In this document: positions 36,240-48,838 of the stretch, one piece after another | How positions within the stretch are numbered: the first letter of the stretch is position 1 | Layout of the letters: the number at the start of each line of letters is the position of its first letter | Assembly: GCA_973895155.1 (NCBI GenBank) | Contig: OZ316898.1 | Span: 436,751-500,750 of the forward strand | Direction of reading: 5' to 3' | Length of the DNA: 64,000 nucleotides | From: Marsupella aquatica | Lineage: Eukaryota > Plantae > Marchantiophyta | Made by a program: the position numbers and the translations under genes | Notes under the pieces: model-generated | Databases searched by the model: none | Told to the model about the DNA's origin: nothing | What the model saw: the letters and a program-made list of their open reading frames with translations, nothing else

Positions 36240-38663
36240 ATGGATGGCTTGGGAGCTGATGAGCAGTATCGAGTTGACGCATTGGCAATTCCTAAAAGCG
36301 TAGTCGCTCAAATTCCACAAGCGCCCGATAGTTATGCAAATTTACAGACTTCATTACAACAGCTAGGTCTGGGGCATCTACTTGCCGTTCCTTGGGACGT
36401 AGAACTCGATTCATACTTGCAGGATTTTGTGAAGGGGTCGTTGCTTGCTCCTGAATTTTGACAGACCATTCAAACTCGGCCAAGTCTGGGACTGTGGAGC
36501 AAATTGCTCGTGCCTTCCGCTGCCCTTCAGAAGGAGAAGGATTGTATTCAAAGAAGAAAGATTTGTCTACTCCCTACTTCTATGGGATTCACAATCTCAC
36601 AAATGGTTGGAACCTCACACAGTGTACTTATCCAGATTTGAGAGTGCTGCTGAAATTTCTAGTGCCAATTTTACACCCGAAAAAGCCAACCATTTGCCCA
36701 GTGGCTTTGGTGAACACAATTGTAGCTGCACACAGTGGAGCCATCGAAGTGAATTGGGCCTTGTTAATTTTCAATGTGATGAAGGATCAGGTGAGGAGCA
36801 TGAAGGCAGGTAGACCTACCTATCTGCAAGTATATTTGTCTCAGCTCTATCAGGCTTATGATTGTTTACATCCAGAGGAGATAACAGAAAGAGGATTACT
36901 CCTGATCGAACTAGGCATTGAAGAAGAAATTGGTGTGGAAGAACCAGTGGATGCTATTCCCCTGGATTCTAATGATCAGAATGTGGATGTTGATATGGAT
37001 TTGGAAGATGCCTCAATGGGTGAACTTGAAGCTTCATCTGCTCACGATATGGAGTTGGTTCGATATCCTCTGGTTAACTTGGTGTATTCAAGAGAAGTCA
37101 ACGAGGAAAATCAACCTGGAGCTGAAAAAGCTGAGGACGACTCTGAGCAACACGAAGCTATTGCTGACCCGACCACTGCTGTCATCCTGAGGGTTGATCC
37201 GACTACTTCTTCAAAGGTAGAGTTCAACCAGCAACTTATTGATAAGTTAATTACTCTTTTTGGTTGTGATGATGGAACTCTATGATGTTGTCTGTAATTT
37301 AAGATCAGAGGTAGTCAGCTTATCATCCCCATTTCCAGATCAATTAACTCCTGTCAGGACCACCTCCCCTATTGTGGGATCAGCCTTAGAAGAATTCGTT
37401 GCTCTCAGTCCTGTTGCACCACCAAACCTGCCTATAGAGCCAAGTGAACCTGTTCCTGTGACAGAGGATGTAAATTATGCTGCCATTGTAAACGACTTAC
37501 TGGACATGCTACAGTGTGAGCCACAAGAGATAATGTCAATTGTTAGCAACTTAACTCAGAAATCCCCAGTTGCAGAAACTCCTCATAATCCAGATCCTTA
37601 CTCATACAGTCCTGATTCCAACTATGAACCCACTGAAGGACTTGTCTTCACTCGGGGTCGCTCTGAAGATCCTTATGTTAGACAGGATCTCTCTGATGAC
37701 TCTGACCCGCCTTCGGATAATGATACTTATAGATCTTATGACAATTCCCTTGAGTCATCACCAAGGCAGGGGTTTGAAGATGTTGATACAGCTTTGAGGT
37801 CAAACCCAAACCTAGTAGCAGTGGTTACGTCCTCTACTCAGACTCCCAGAAATGCTACTATCGAGAAGAAGTATCCCAGGCTTCCCCAGGCTCAAGTACA
37901 GAAGTATGTAGACATCTGTAAGGTTATGCATGCCAACATGCCACCAGTTGGCGAATTCTGGAGATACTATTACTTAAAGAAAACTGAGGCGAGCTACATT
38001 TTTGACCTAAAGTATCATGGGACTTCTCGATTGGAAATGACCCAGTTTAATGAGCACTGGACTGACTCTGTCTACTTCCGACCTATTCTGGCAATGATGT
38101 TGCTGCAAGGTGATGTAGAAGTGGAGGATCCTGACCTACTCCTGGCCTACTTTGGGAATTTTGCAGCTTATGTTCTGGACTTCGTGCTTACTTTTCTCAC
38201 GCAGAGTAAGAAATCAACTTCTTGGCAGAACAACTACATCCCTAAGGAACCTAAGGTTATGCTGGTTTCAACCAGCACATTGGCTGATAAGCAGAGAATC
38301 TGGGATAATGTCACCACTCACACTCTGGCCAAGTTCAACAGGTACTTTAAGGATGTTTGCTGGAGACTTTGACCTTTCTACTCGAAGATGATGAGAACTG
38401 AGGATTTCATGGCCTATTATCCCTAGGTTCATGCTACTACCTGCAATCACTATGATGTGATTGGAATTTATAGGGAGGCACTCCGAATAGACTCTTGTTA
38501 TTTGATGAGGAGAATGCCTGTGATGTATCCAGATAGGCAACTAAGATGTTTGCCCTATTCTCAAGGTTCACCACGACAAGCTGAGCTCATGGGGGTTGTC
38601 CAATCAGGCACTGTTGCTTTTGTGGAGCTTCTCGAAATCAATGACATTCCACACCGAGACTAA
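36240..38663 (+). pseudogene. PMD-like retroelement accessory gene inside the 35786-39866 element
   Basis: GLGHLLAVPW...LQDFVKG...TVEQIARAFRCP.EG...NGWNLTQCTYPDL..LLKFLVPILHPKKPT...VNWA...PTYLQVYLSQLY, then an acidic linker and a C-terminal helical domain. Broken by stops and frameshifts at about 36459-36488, 37270 and 38370. Confidence 0.7.
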
Positions 38664-41600
38664 GGCAGAAATCCTAAGTGTTTTTTTTAGTTAGTTTAGA
38701 GTAGTGCATCTTATCCAATTTTTAGAAATGTGCTCTAGAGCTTTAAAAGCTGTCATACTTCTTTAGGATGTAGTCTGTACTTAGGAAAGCCTTCTGGCAA
38801 AATTTGAGGCTTTTCTAAGCTACGAGTAGAAAGTTAAAAATAGTTGAATTCGCCAAGTTTTTACTTCTGTTGCAATTACGAGTTATGACTTAGTTAGACT
38901 TTTACGAGTTTAAGAGTTTACTAGTTCACAGCTTTTACTAGTTTACGAGTTTACACTTAGCCAGATTTCCGGCTTTTCACTTACTGAATCGCCATTTTAA
39001 CTTTTTGAGAGTTATGAAGAGGCATGTCCCTTCGACCTTGTGACCTCTCACTCGGTAGATTTTTACTATAAGATAGCTCTACCACTAGTATAGTTGATGG
39101 TTAAGTTATGCATTTTGGCTTTTTCCTTGTGTTAAACTAGTTGATCATGAATCTATGAGTTCGAGATCAGGTTTAACATTTGGAGAGACTTACCTCATTC
39201 TTGTGTTTTTACCTATGATTATAAACACAGGAAGTAAAATTCCTTTTGTGCAAATCTTTGGATGTTGTGATGATAGATTCCTCCTTGGTGACTCATTACA
39301 AATTCCTAAGTTCTTAAAGTTAACTCATTGAGTTTATGTTTTAATGAATTTGATGGATTTTCTTTCGTGTTGCTTAGTACCATCTAAATGTCGAAGTAGT
39401 CACTCTTTTAGATTTTGTCTGAGTACCACTTAGAAAGAAAAGACAAGACGTGTTGACCGCACTTTAAAAGAGTACTCTAGTAAGCACATTAGATCTGAAA
39501 AACAATGTGGATTTAAATCCTTAAGTCTTTTCATTTTGACTTATGTCTAAGGAGCAACCTTGGTCAATTCCAGACTCCCTTAGCATACTTTAAGATATTT
39601 TTCCCTGTGTTTTTGTTAATCAATTCCTTTTCATTAATTTTTGGTTACACAATGCTGAGATATCATTGAAAACTTCTCACCGCTGTGGAGCGATCTTCAA
39701 AATACCTTAGTAAAGTAATCAAACTTGATTACTATATGTGGAAAATATCTTAAGTCTATTATTATTGTTTAAATCTATCAAACCAACCCCATCTTGTTCT
39801 TTACGGGAACGAATACCGAGTTTGAAGACCATTAAGTGTGTTTTTGGTTCTTCATAGCAAACTACATCTCTCCCCCAAGATTTGACGGGATAATACAGAC
39901 GGCACAGGTTGCAAGAGCGACTCAGGGAACAAGAGGAGGCAACCCTGGCCAAGGAGAAGGATTCACCTGGGGGAGAATGGCCAGAGGACATCCGGCGGCT
40001 TGCAGAAAAACGAAGTAGCCCTCCACCCACGTTAGAAGAGATCCAAAAGGCGGCTTGGGAACAAAGGCCGCGGTGGGTGATGCCGATGACTACTATTCAC
40101 TCCACATATGCGCAAGACAGAGCCATGGAGTACGGGGAGTGTGATGTGTGGGGAACTTGCGCTCAGCATCTTTGGGGAGGAGTTGGAGCAGGGACCTTTT
40201 TTCCAGAGGGAGATGTTGGAAAAAAACCGATTGGAGGAAACGGTGGCTTTGGAGAGGATGAAGAAGGACGAGGTCATCCGTCGGCTTAGGGAGAAGGAAG
40301 CCAAGGCAGAAGACATGAAGGCGGCCAAGAAAGCCCAAGATGAGCTGCGGATTAAGAGGCATGAGCTCAACATCATGCAGGGGAAACTGGATACCGCTCA
40401 ATCTGATAACCAGATCATCAAGGATAAATTGACTCAGATCCAAGGGGAGTTGGCCGACGCGGTCAAGGAAAAGGAGAAATGGAAGCGGGAGCTGAAGGAT
40501 GTAGAGGAGGCCCACATAGCAACCAGCAATCGGGCCATGGCGGAAACACAGAGGAAGGAGAGGGGGAACTCAAGGATCTCCGTGGAGCCTTTGAGTAGAA
40601 GGAGGCCGAGTTAGGGAAATCCTATCAAGGGATTATTGTGCTGCAGCAAGAGCTTGCATCCTTGACGGCCAGCTTCAAGGCAGACTTGCATGAGAAGGAC
40701 GATATGATCGATCAAACTTACGCCAAGATGAATCAGATGGAGTCTGAAGTCGTCCAAGAGCTCGACAAGGAGCTGAGAGCAACCCAGGAGGAGAGGGCTG
40801 CCTTAAGGAAGGAATTGGAGGAAGCACGAAAGGAGCTGGAGGAGGCGCGCAGGGACCTGGACAAAACATAGGAGGAGTTGGAGGAAAGCACGCGAAAGAT
40901 AGAGAACTTACAATGGCGGGCCAACAACCAAACGGAGCGGCTGAAGAAACAAGCCGCAATGTTTATATGCTTGGCCTCATGAGTTCAATCTCCAATTGTG
41001 GCAACAAGGTTGTCAGGGGTAGTACTGGCCGAGGGACAAGCCATGGCACTTGCACCGATGCCGGAGGTAATTGGCAAGGGGAAGCCCGGACCAGATGCCG
41101 AACAAGGGAAGAAGAAGCAAAAACCTTCCGGGTCAGGGAGCAACGCGGCTTCTCAGACCACCATGACCAAAGAAGAGAGCACGGCACCGGCCTCAGACAA
41201 TGTCACAATAGAGGATTTGACTGTCCTAGAGCAGGATGGCAAGACCGAGGCCGGGACGACCATTGATGAAGCCATGGTAACGGATCCATCACTAGAGCAG
41301 ATCGGGGAGGCTATAGCCGGAGCTGAGGCCAAAGCCGAGGGTGGACCCGGTCAGGCCGCGGGAGAGTTGACTCAGTCTGGGGCAGGTAATCTGTCAGAGG
41401 ACGGACCTACGACAGTGGCTGCGGAGGAAGCATTGGGGGCGTCCATTGAGGATCAGCCACCACTACCATGACGGTGGTGGAGGGCTGCTCCTTTTAGGGA
41501 GAGCGGACATGGAGGGAGGAGGCGTGAGTGGGCAGGGCGGGCGCAAATCTCCAAGTTTAGAATTATGATCAGGACCAAGAGGCGGCCCTGACACTTAGAT

Positions 41601-42794
41601 TAGTGGGATTGTGGATCCACTGGTAAGAGCAACACCTGTGCTCTTGCCTCGCTGTTAGGATAGATTTGCTTACGCTGCAAAGAATTAGGCGGATCCACTG
41701 TCAGGATAAGTACCTGGGCAGCGGGGAGTTCAAGGCCTTCTTCTTTAGCAAGTTTTTAGTGCACCAGCAGGGCTGGGATCAAGTAGTAAAAGAAGCTCTC
41801 GGTTAGTTATACAGTGACCCTTGTGTATATTCATGTTTCCTCATGCCTAAGAGCTGAATAGAGTTGGCCTCACGGCTTAGTTCGCAGATCTTGTGTATGA
41901 GAAGTACTGTTTGTATGGCAAGTGCATGGTATAACTCAGTCAGAAGGAGTCATTTTGCTATTTGTGTGTCGCATTAACTTGTTTGAAGATTGCCCACATC
42001 AACCAAGAGAGAAGGGAAGTCATCAGGGTAGTAAGAGTTGGATGTGTCGAGCTGAGAGAGGTCTTAGCGGCTAACCCAAGCCAATTGGGGATCATTCTGG
42101 CGGCGGAATCCAAACATACCTAAAGGGAGACCAGCAGAGGAAGAAAAGGGAAGGCATAGAATAGGCCGGCTACTTGTCTCATGACCCGATGAAGGATCTA
42201 TCCAGTATATGTGTGTAAAATGTTAGTAGGAGAAGATTAGCAGCGTCCCATGCCGATAAGCCGCGGAATTGGCCTCGCCGAGAGCAAAACCTGTGGGAAT
42301 CGGCTTGTGCAGGGGGGTTTCTTGGGTTTAGGGAGCCATGGGGCGCACCACAATGTGAATGTTCTGTCATTCCAGTGCTTTCCAAATAGGAAGCAACAGT
42401 TGAAGGAATGACCAAATGAGGCAGGGTTAGTGGACGGTGACCGAGAAAGGAGTTTGTCTTACGTACACTGTTTGCTAACAGCAAAACCTATGGACTGTTG
42501 ATGAATCCTAGACGTCAAAACTCCAAATCCACGGATGAACACTTTACTGTAGTAAAATGATACTGGTTGATAAGTACTTCGCACGCGTGGTTTTGCAACT
42601 AAATCTCAATTTATGCATGCTACAACAAAGGTATCCTTACTATAAAATGTACTCCGTACTAACTAAATGGGTTGACGTACAAGAGCGCTAACACTGATAT
42701 TGTATTTCAAATGCTGATTTTATGACCAGCAGAAGCAATTGAGTGTCAAGTCTTTGGACCTCCAGACCTATATTACTTTATGGGTTACACATTG

Positions 42795-43090
42795 TTTTAG
42801 TTTGGGAGTTGGTTGCAAGGTGATTCTCCTTAGAAAAAAAACAATGTAACCCAATGCCCAGCGTTGCACAATTGTCATTAAGTAAGTATCACTGGGGTCA
42901 TGTTATTTGTGCAAAAGAGATGGGGGGGGGATCAAGGTGGCATTTTTAGTTTGGGAGTTGGTTGCAAGGAGGTTCTCCTTAGAAAAAAAACAATGTAACC
43001 CAATGCCCAGCGTTGCACAATTGTCATTAAGTATCACTGGGGTCATGTTATTTGTGCAAAAGAGATGGGGGGGATCAAGGTGGCATTTTT
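42795..43090. repeat. ~150-bp tandem duplication
   Basis: ttttagtttgggagttggttgcaagg...gatcaaggtggcattttt occurs twice. Confidence 0.9.
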
Positions 43091-43269
43091 CTTTTCTCCC
43101 TTGCAACTTCCCCTTGGCTCCTCACTGTCGCCTTTCTCTCCTGCCTCCAGCGCCCACCCACCCCCACTGCCAGATTTTAGTGTGGAGGACTTACACCTTA
43201 GAACAACACTCTACTTGACTAGTTGGACATTACTTATTGCACTGGAGACCACATGATAGTTGCAGCCAC

Positions 43270-43495
43270 AATTCTGCCATGTGATTAGTGACATGAAGTT
43301 GTTGTCATAGTGCAAGAAAGTAGTGCATCCATCTCCAAGAATTAAACATTTGAGCCACTTAAACCAATAGAGCCTATGGTATTTCCAGTAAGAGCATCTC
43401 CATTGCAAGGCTATACATATGTATGTCACCAGAATTGATCAATATTAGAAAGAATATATGTATCCCACTATGGATTTTCACAGCTTCTGATACCA
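43270..43495 (-). mobile_element. LTR retrotransposon 5' remnant: tRNA-iMet primer-binding site plus decayed gag start
   Basis: ttctgatacca at 43485-43495 reads TGGTATCAGAA on the minus strand. Downstream on minus is a decayed LAMEMLL motif resembling the copia gag N-terminus. Confidence 0.45.
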
Positions 43496-43708
43496 AGTAA
43501 ATTTGAGACAAAATTCACATAGGATCTGAGACATATCTAACTTTAGATTCACAATCAAAAGTTACTCCTGAGGGCCTATGGTCTAGAGAGAAACCCCTAG
43601 ACTGACTTTGGGGGCATAACTGAAGTTTAGAGTGCAAGTGGATAATGGGGATTCGGGGCAAGGTGAGTCTCTAAAATGACTCAGCCAGCTTGAATGTTCA
43701 GCCAAAAG

Positions 43709-43937
43709 GCACTCGGGCTAGTTCTATAAGATGATTGAAGATATTTGTGTATAGTCAGACAAATAATATAGTCGAATGTTTAACCAACAGGATCTCAGGC
43801 TAGTCTATAACATGGTTGAAGATATTTGTGTATAGTGAGACAAATAATACAGTCGAATGTTCAACCGAACAAGCACTCAGGCTAGTTCTATAAGATGGTT
43901 GAAGATATTTGTGTATAGTCAGACAGATAATATAGAC
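43709..43937. repeat. Three imperfect ~82-bp tandem copies
   Basis: ctcRggctagttctataagatgRttgaagatatttgtgtatagtcagaca... repeated. Confidence 0.85.
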
Positions 43938-46900
43938 AGCAAACAATTGTGTTGTCACAGTTACTTTTATCCTAGGGCTCTGCTCTTTGTTTATTTTGTA
44001 CATGACAAAACAAGTGTGTCGATCCAGCTCAATCATATTGCCAAAGTGCTTTCAAGGCGTGTTGTTGCTATATATTTATGTGCACAAAACTTAATTTTGT
44101 ACCAATCTGATCAAAATCTCATTTACAACAATAGAGGATGTGACAAGACTAATAGTGGCTTGGGTTGAAGCACCACTTTTTGTAAATATATGTGAGATTA
44201 TCCTAGGCCACTTAGGTTGAGGTTGAGATTTTTGTTTTTGTTTTTGACAATTGTTAATGTTTATTTGTAGCTAGGTTTGACATAAGTTGTCATTCTAAAC
44301 AACATTGAGAGATGAAAACACAAGTGAAATTTTACATGTTAAGAACTTCAACTAATGAAAGGTTGGGGTGAGCTAAAATAAGGTCACTTGTCTTTTATTA
44401 ACAACTTCAACACCTGAAATGATATTGGGCGAGTTAAAATAGAGCTTGTCTTTTTCCAAAAAAACAGAAGACATGTCCTAGGGTGGTCACTTTTGCGGAC
44501 TTGACCTAAGCGTGTGGTCATTTGAAGTGTCTTGGCAGAAGACAAGTTCCAAGGTTTTGTGGAAGAACTATCTGGTCCTGTTTATCTTTATGGCCAGATT
44601 TTAAGAACAATAAGCCCTCGTAAATTGAGTTCACTTCCATGGAAGTTGCAAGAAACAGTTTGGGCAGTTAATTTCAAATATACACCGGGCACATGGCATC
44701 ACGTGGTTGGTTTGTGGCATCATGCCATTGGCACACGTGTCTTCTTACAAAATGAATGTTTCATTTTTCCCTCTCAAGTGTAGCCAAAATTGAGCAAGGG
44801 TTTAGGGGGTGTGCATTCCATTTGTTTGGGTGGGCATATTTGGATTTAGCCCCCCTCCTAATAGATCTGATGGTCTCCAAGGCCCAGGTGGAGGCTTGGA
44901 TCATCAATTTGTGCATTGAATAATCTCAAGTTTGCCTCGTGAGCCCTTGCATTTGCTGCCTCTAGGTTTGCTCCGGTTGGCTCTTGCATTTGCTGCCTCC
45001 TATTTGCTTGTGTTTGATGCCTCTCATCTGCTGCCTCCCATTTGCCACAAAAGGTTGTGACAGAGCAGCAACTTTGGCAAAACAAAGTACTACACACAAT
45101 CACTAGATGGACGTATGCTCTCTATCCGCAAGGACTCATATATACAGCCGACTTGTTCACTCGGGCCTTATCTGCATCGCTGCTTTTCTGTTTTCCGCTA
45201 CAAAGTCGGGTTCGAAGTACCTATAAGAAAAGAGAAAGAAGAAAATGCCAAACAACAAGCATGATAGTAAAGTATTTCAAGATGCAAGATGTAATAAGAG
45301 GCACTAGTTTGTTCTGCCAAACCATAGATATCCACTAGGCCACCTACTCTATTAGGATTGGTACGAGTGGAAAGGGGGATAGCATTAGAAAGGGCAAATA
45401 CTTCAATCACTTTCAAACTTTTTTAGTCCCAGTAGAATGGAGTGACTTTCAACTTCAAATAAGGAGCACAGTCTGTGACAAACAGCAAAATACTATGAAA
45501 ACAATAGAATGCAAAAGAGTGTCCTGAAATCCAAGATATCATCCACATGGACAGATAAAAAGAAGAAGCTTGAAAAGCCGCCTACATTTGTGTCATTTCC
45601 TAATCTGTCCACTAGAGTACAGTGGGTTCCATCCTTATCCCTGGATAAATGCATGGCCCAACACCCTCGGCTGCTCCAAGTAAGTGAGTAGTTTTTCACT
45701 TGGTAGAATTCATTATCAGTTGCACAATAGCAGGTGCAAAAACTTTTTGAACAATTATACACGTAAAGAAAGAAAGAAAAATGTTAAGAAGAGCAAGTTG
45801 TGGAACGGACCCTGGCAAACACTAACAGAGATCTGTTGGTAATTCAGGTTGGCAACTTGGATCCTTGCAGTTGGCAAAGGGTACCTACTTAGTTCTCAAT
45901 GAGAAGACTATAACTACTGAAAAACTCACCTGTGTTGGCATTCAAAGTTTAATGTACTTGACAGAGCTGCAAAAGATGTAAGAGTTCTCTAATTTCCTGG
46001 TCTATGGTCTTATAGGGATGTGAGATGTCCTCTTTGAGTGGGCAAAAGGAGAAAATTACAGGATGGCGGAATGTGTTGATGTTTATCTTATGAGGCACTT
46101 GTCTCCTCCTTTTAGGCACTATTTGATTTTAGCGCAAACTGTACTTTAAGTTTTTTAGGCGTACTCAAAAGAAATAGGAGGCTTTAAAATAGGAAAGGGT
46201 GAGACAAACAAATATTTTTCACTTGTAAATTATGGGATCCACACAGTAAAGCTTTGCACGTGATGAATGGCCCTTCATACAGTGACCCCCGAGGGCAGGG
46301 TGGCGAGAGAGAGGGAGGGACAGGGCAGGGCAGGGCACAGCTGGGCTGGTCGGGAAGATAAGTAACATCATCAACTATCAATCAAGTCCATCAGTTAACC
46401 TGATATAAGTCGTCATGTAATCTCAGAAAGGCCGCCGAGTTGAGGTGGGGAAAAAATCCCAAAAAGGGGAAAACAATTTGATGGAGAAAACTTCAATTTT
46501 AAAAAAATTTCACTATGGGTGTCCATACGGTGTGGACACCCCATCTCGACGGGGTCACCTGAGATGGGTTGTGCAAGGAAATGGGATTTTGCCATATTCT
46601 AAAACATCAAAATTCAAAAATAATGTTTTTGGTCCATACTCCTATGTGGGCAAGGTCAGCCGAGATTGAAGGCCCCATCTTAGCTACTTAGCTGAGATTC
46701 ACAAAGATTGAGGGCGGAAAGATTGACAACTGATGAAGTACTCAACCCCCTGGGCAGTCAAGGAGAGGAGGGTAGAAAGGGGGAAAATGATTGTCATCCC
46801 CTGCCTGTCCCCCACATGCCCTCTTGATGAATAGTTAGCAGCACCACGTGGTGCCATAGCGCAACGGAACGTGCAACACTGCTGACTAGGTTTTGTGTCA

Positions 46901-48531
46901 ACAACACGTTTGCATCAACCCCAACATCAGTAGCACCCTTGACAACACTTCCCCTGGCACTTCCTTTCCTTAGTGACACCTCCGTGCCTGAACTACTTCC
47001 TTTCCTTCAAGACACACCCTTGCCTTCAAGACAACCCTTGCATCAATGACACATATTAAGATGTGTCAACAATATCCTTGCCTCCACAACACTGTTTTGC
47101 CTCACCTTGACATTAATGTGTAACAAAGGTATTGTCACACCAACGACAACATGGCAGCAACGACTCCATGGCCGCAACAACAACAGTGCAAGTCACGGGC
47201 ATTGGGCTAGTGGGTGACAATGAGTGAAAAGAAGAAAGTAAAAAACAGGTGGTATTTGTGTTTCATTTGAACAAGTGGAATTGTTTTTACAAGTTGTGTA
47301 CAAATGAATTGTACAGCCTCTAGAGGACTCCTGTTTGGTCCTGGAAACAAGTGACCTTGAGTTTCAGAATAGGGAAGGAGGGGGAGGAGGAGGCGAGGCT
47401 TGAGTTTACAGGATGAGAGGATAATTTTTGACTCTCTTGTCTTTTACCATATCTAATCCTGTTTATAAAGTTAACCCTCCCTACTAAAAAGGTGGTCAGG
47501 TAGCGCATTAAGTACTGTGACAACAGAATGAGAAGAGGCCCAGCAGTCATTCCAAATTACCACGTCAAGAGGTGGTTTAAACTTTGGCAATAACTACCTT
47601 GTCCACATAAGCATGTTGGGAGACCCACTCCAGTTCATGTTGGATTGGGAGATTTCTTGGACCGTGACCTCGCAATACATGTAGAGTCAAAATGGAATGG
47701 TCACTGGATATGAATGGTTGTGATGAAATCTAAAAGCAAAATAGTGGAAATGACCAGTCATTTGTTGTCTGGTCATTCTTGTGAAGTTCTCCCAAGGGAT
47801 CATTCTAAAGCATAGACTGGTCAGGGAGGCAAGAAGATAAATCAAAGGGCAAGGTCAAGTAGCTTCCTCCAATATGTGATCCAGAGGTATGGTGATCAGA
47901 GGGCCTTCCACCGTGGATGGAGGACTAACATGTTTATGAACCGACCTAGCCTTATATGAAATAGCAACTACAAGCAACAGAATAGTAGGCATGAGCACAT
48001 CCTGTACTTTAGCAGTCATTGTTACAGGAGATTGTTTCAGGATAAGAGGCCCTCTATTTGGAACTTAGTGCTTGACACCATCTGGTGGTTACACTGGGCC
48101 TGGTGGCCTGACTAGGGTTGGTTTGGTGGCTGGCTTGTTTGCTGGGGTTTGCTCGGTCCCGGAGTGGCTTTCATCCTTTGGGTGGTCTGTTTTTCTTGGG
48201 TTCCGGCCCCTTCCAGGTGTGAAAAAAGGGGAAAAGAAGCAGGTACCATGAATATTCACACCTAGTTAAACTAGTACAGTGAATATTCACACCTTGTTAA
48301 ACTCTTAAAACTTGGGCTAGGGAGGCAACCAAAGCAATAACTCGGGGTCACGGAAGCAACAAGAACTTTCTTCATGTCTCAGAGAAGCAAGCTAAGCCAT
48401 CTTGGGCCACCAAAACACCTTAGTTACTAGCATTGGACAAGCTTAATGGGACTCTCATGCACAGCTGCCTATTGGGTCCTGCCCATCACACAGGAAGGCA
48501 AGATATGGGGCTGTATGTCTTCACATTTCCG

Positions 48532-48838
48532 AATGCTACCTACCTTGCACGGATCCACAAATGTGCAGTTTGTGTTGCTTTAGCCATTTTGACAAGCATG
48601 CTACCTACTGTGCATGGATACACATAAGTGCACAGTGCATGAGTCATTTTGACAAGCATGCTACCTACTGGGCATGGATCCACATAAGTGCAAAGTGCAT
48701 GTGTCATTTTGACAAGCATGCTACCTACTGTGCATGGATCGACATAAGTGCACAGTGCATGAGTCATTTTGACAAGCTTGCTATCTACTGTGCATGGATC
48801 CACACGAGGATGCTACCTACTATGCACGGATCCAAACA
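48532..48838. repeat. 60-bp minisatellite, about 5 copies
   Basis: ttttgacaagcatgctacctactgtgcatggatccacataagtgcacagtgcatgagtca with an exact 60-bp period (48587, 48647, 48707, 48767). Confidence 0.95.

Larger units (their letters stand above)
35786..39866 (+). mobile_element. TG...CA element with 5-bp TSD (giant solo-LTR-like, 4081 bp) carrying an internal PMD-like gene
   Basis: Starts TGTAAG and ends ACTACA. Perfect TSD TCTCT at 35781-35785 and 39867-39871. The two ends are not direct repeats of each other and there is no gag/pol. Confidence 0.88.
32773..41471 (+). pseudogene. Retroelement accessory gene: PMD/plant-transposon-protein-like N-terminal domain, Pro/charged linker and long coiled coil; split by two insertions
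   Basis: GLEAFVKLPW...LLEFVGSWD...LTPQVIAEVFGLP.G...NGF...C.NP. Excising the inserts restores YAR|SQIFALVLP and PPPDVS|PPRFDG. A Glu/Lys/Arg coiled coil runs 40108-40900. Frameshifts and stops are present. Confidence 0.7.
32089..42352 (+). mobile_element. TG...CA element with 5-bp TSD (giant solo-LTR-like, 4680 bp after removing two nested inserts) carrying an internal PMD-like + coiled-coil ORF
   Basis: Termini TGTGATGC...GCACCACA are a 7/8 inverted match. TSD ATGTG at 32084-32088 and 42353-42357. No internal LTR pair and no gag/pol. Confidence 0.8.

Noticed and set aside
46517-46568. Two adjacent small hairpins, considered as a Helitron 3' end
   Set aside because: No CTRR terminus at the expected distance and no supporting copy.
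48532-48838. Regular 60-bp repeats as a CRISPR array, or the repeat-protein ORFs 48540-48803 and 48561-48845
   Set aside because: The whole unit repeats with no unique spacers, there are no cas genes and the context is eukaryotic. The ORFs are by-products of a period divisible by 3.
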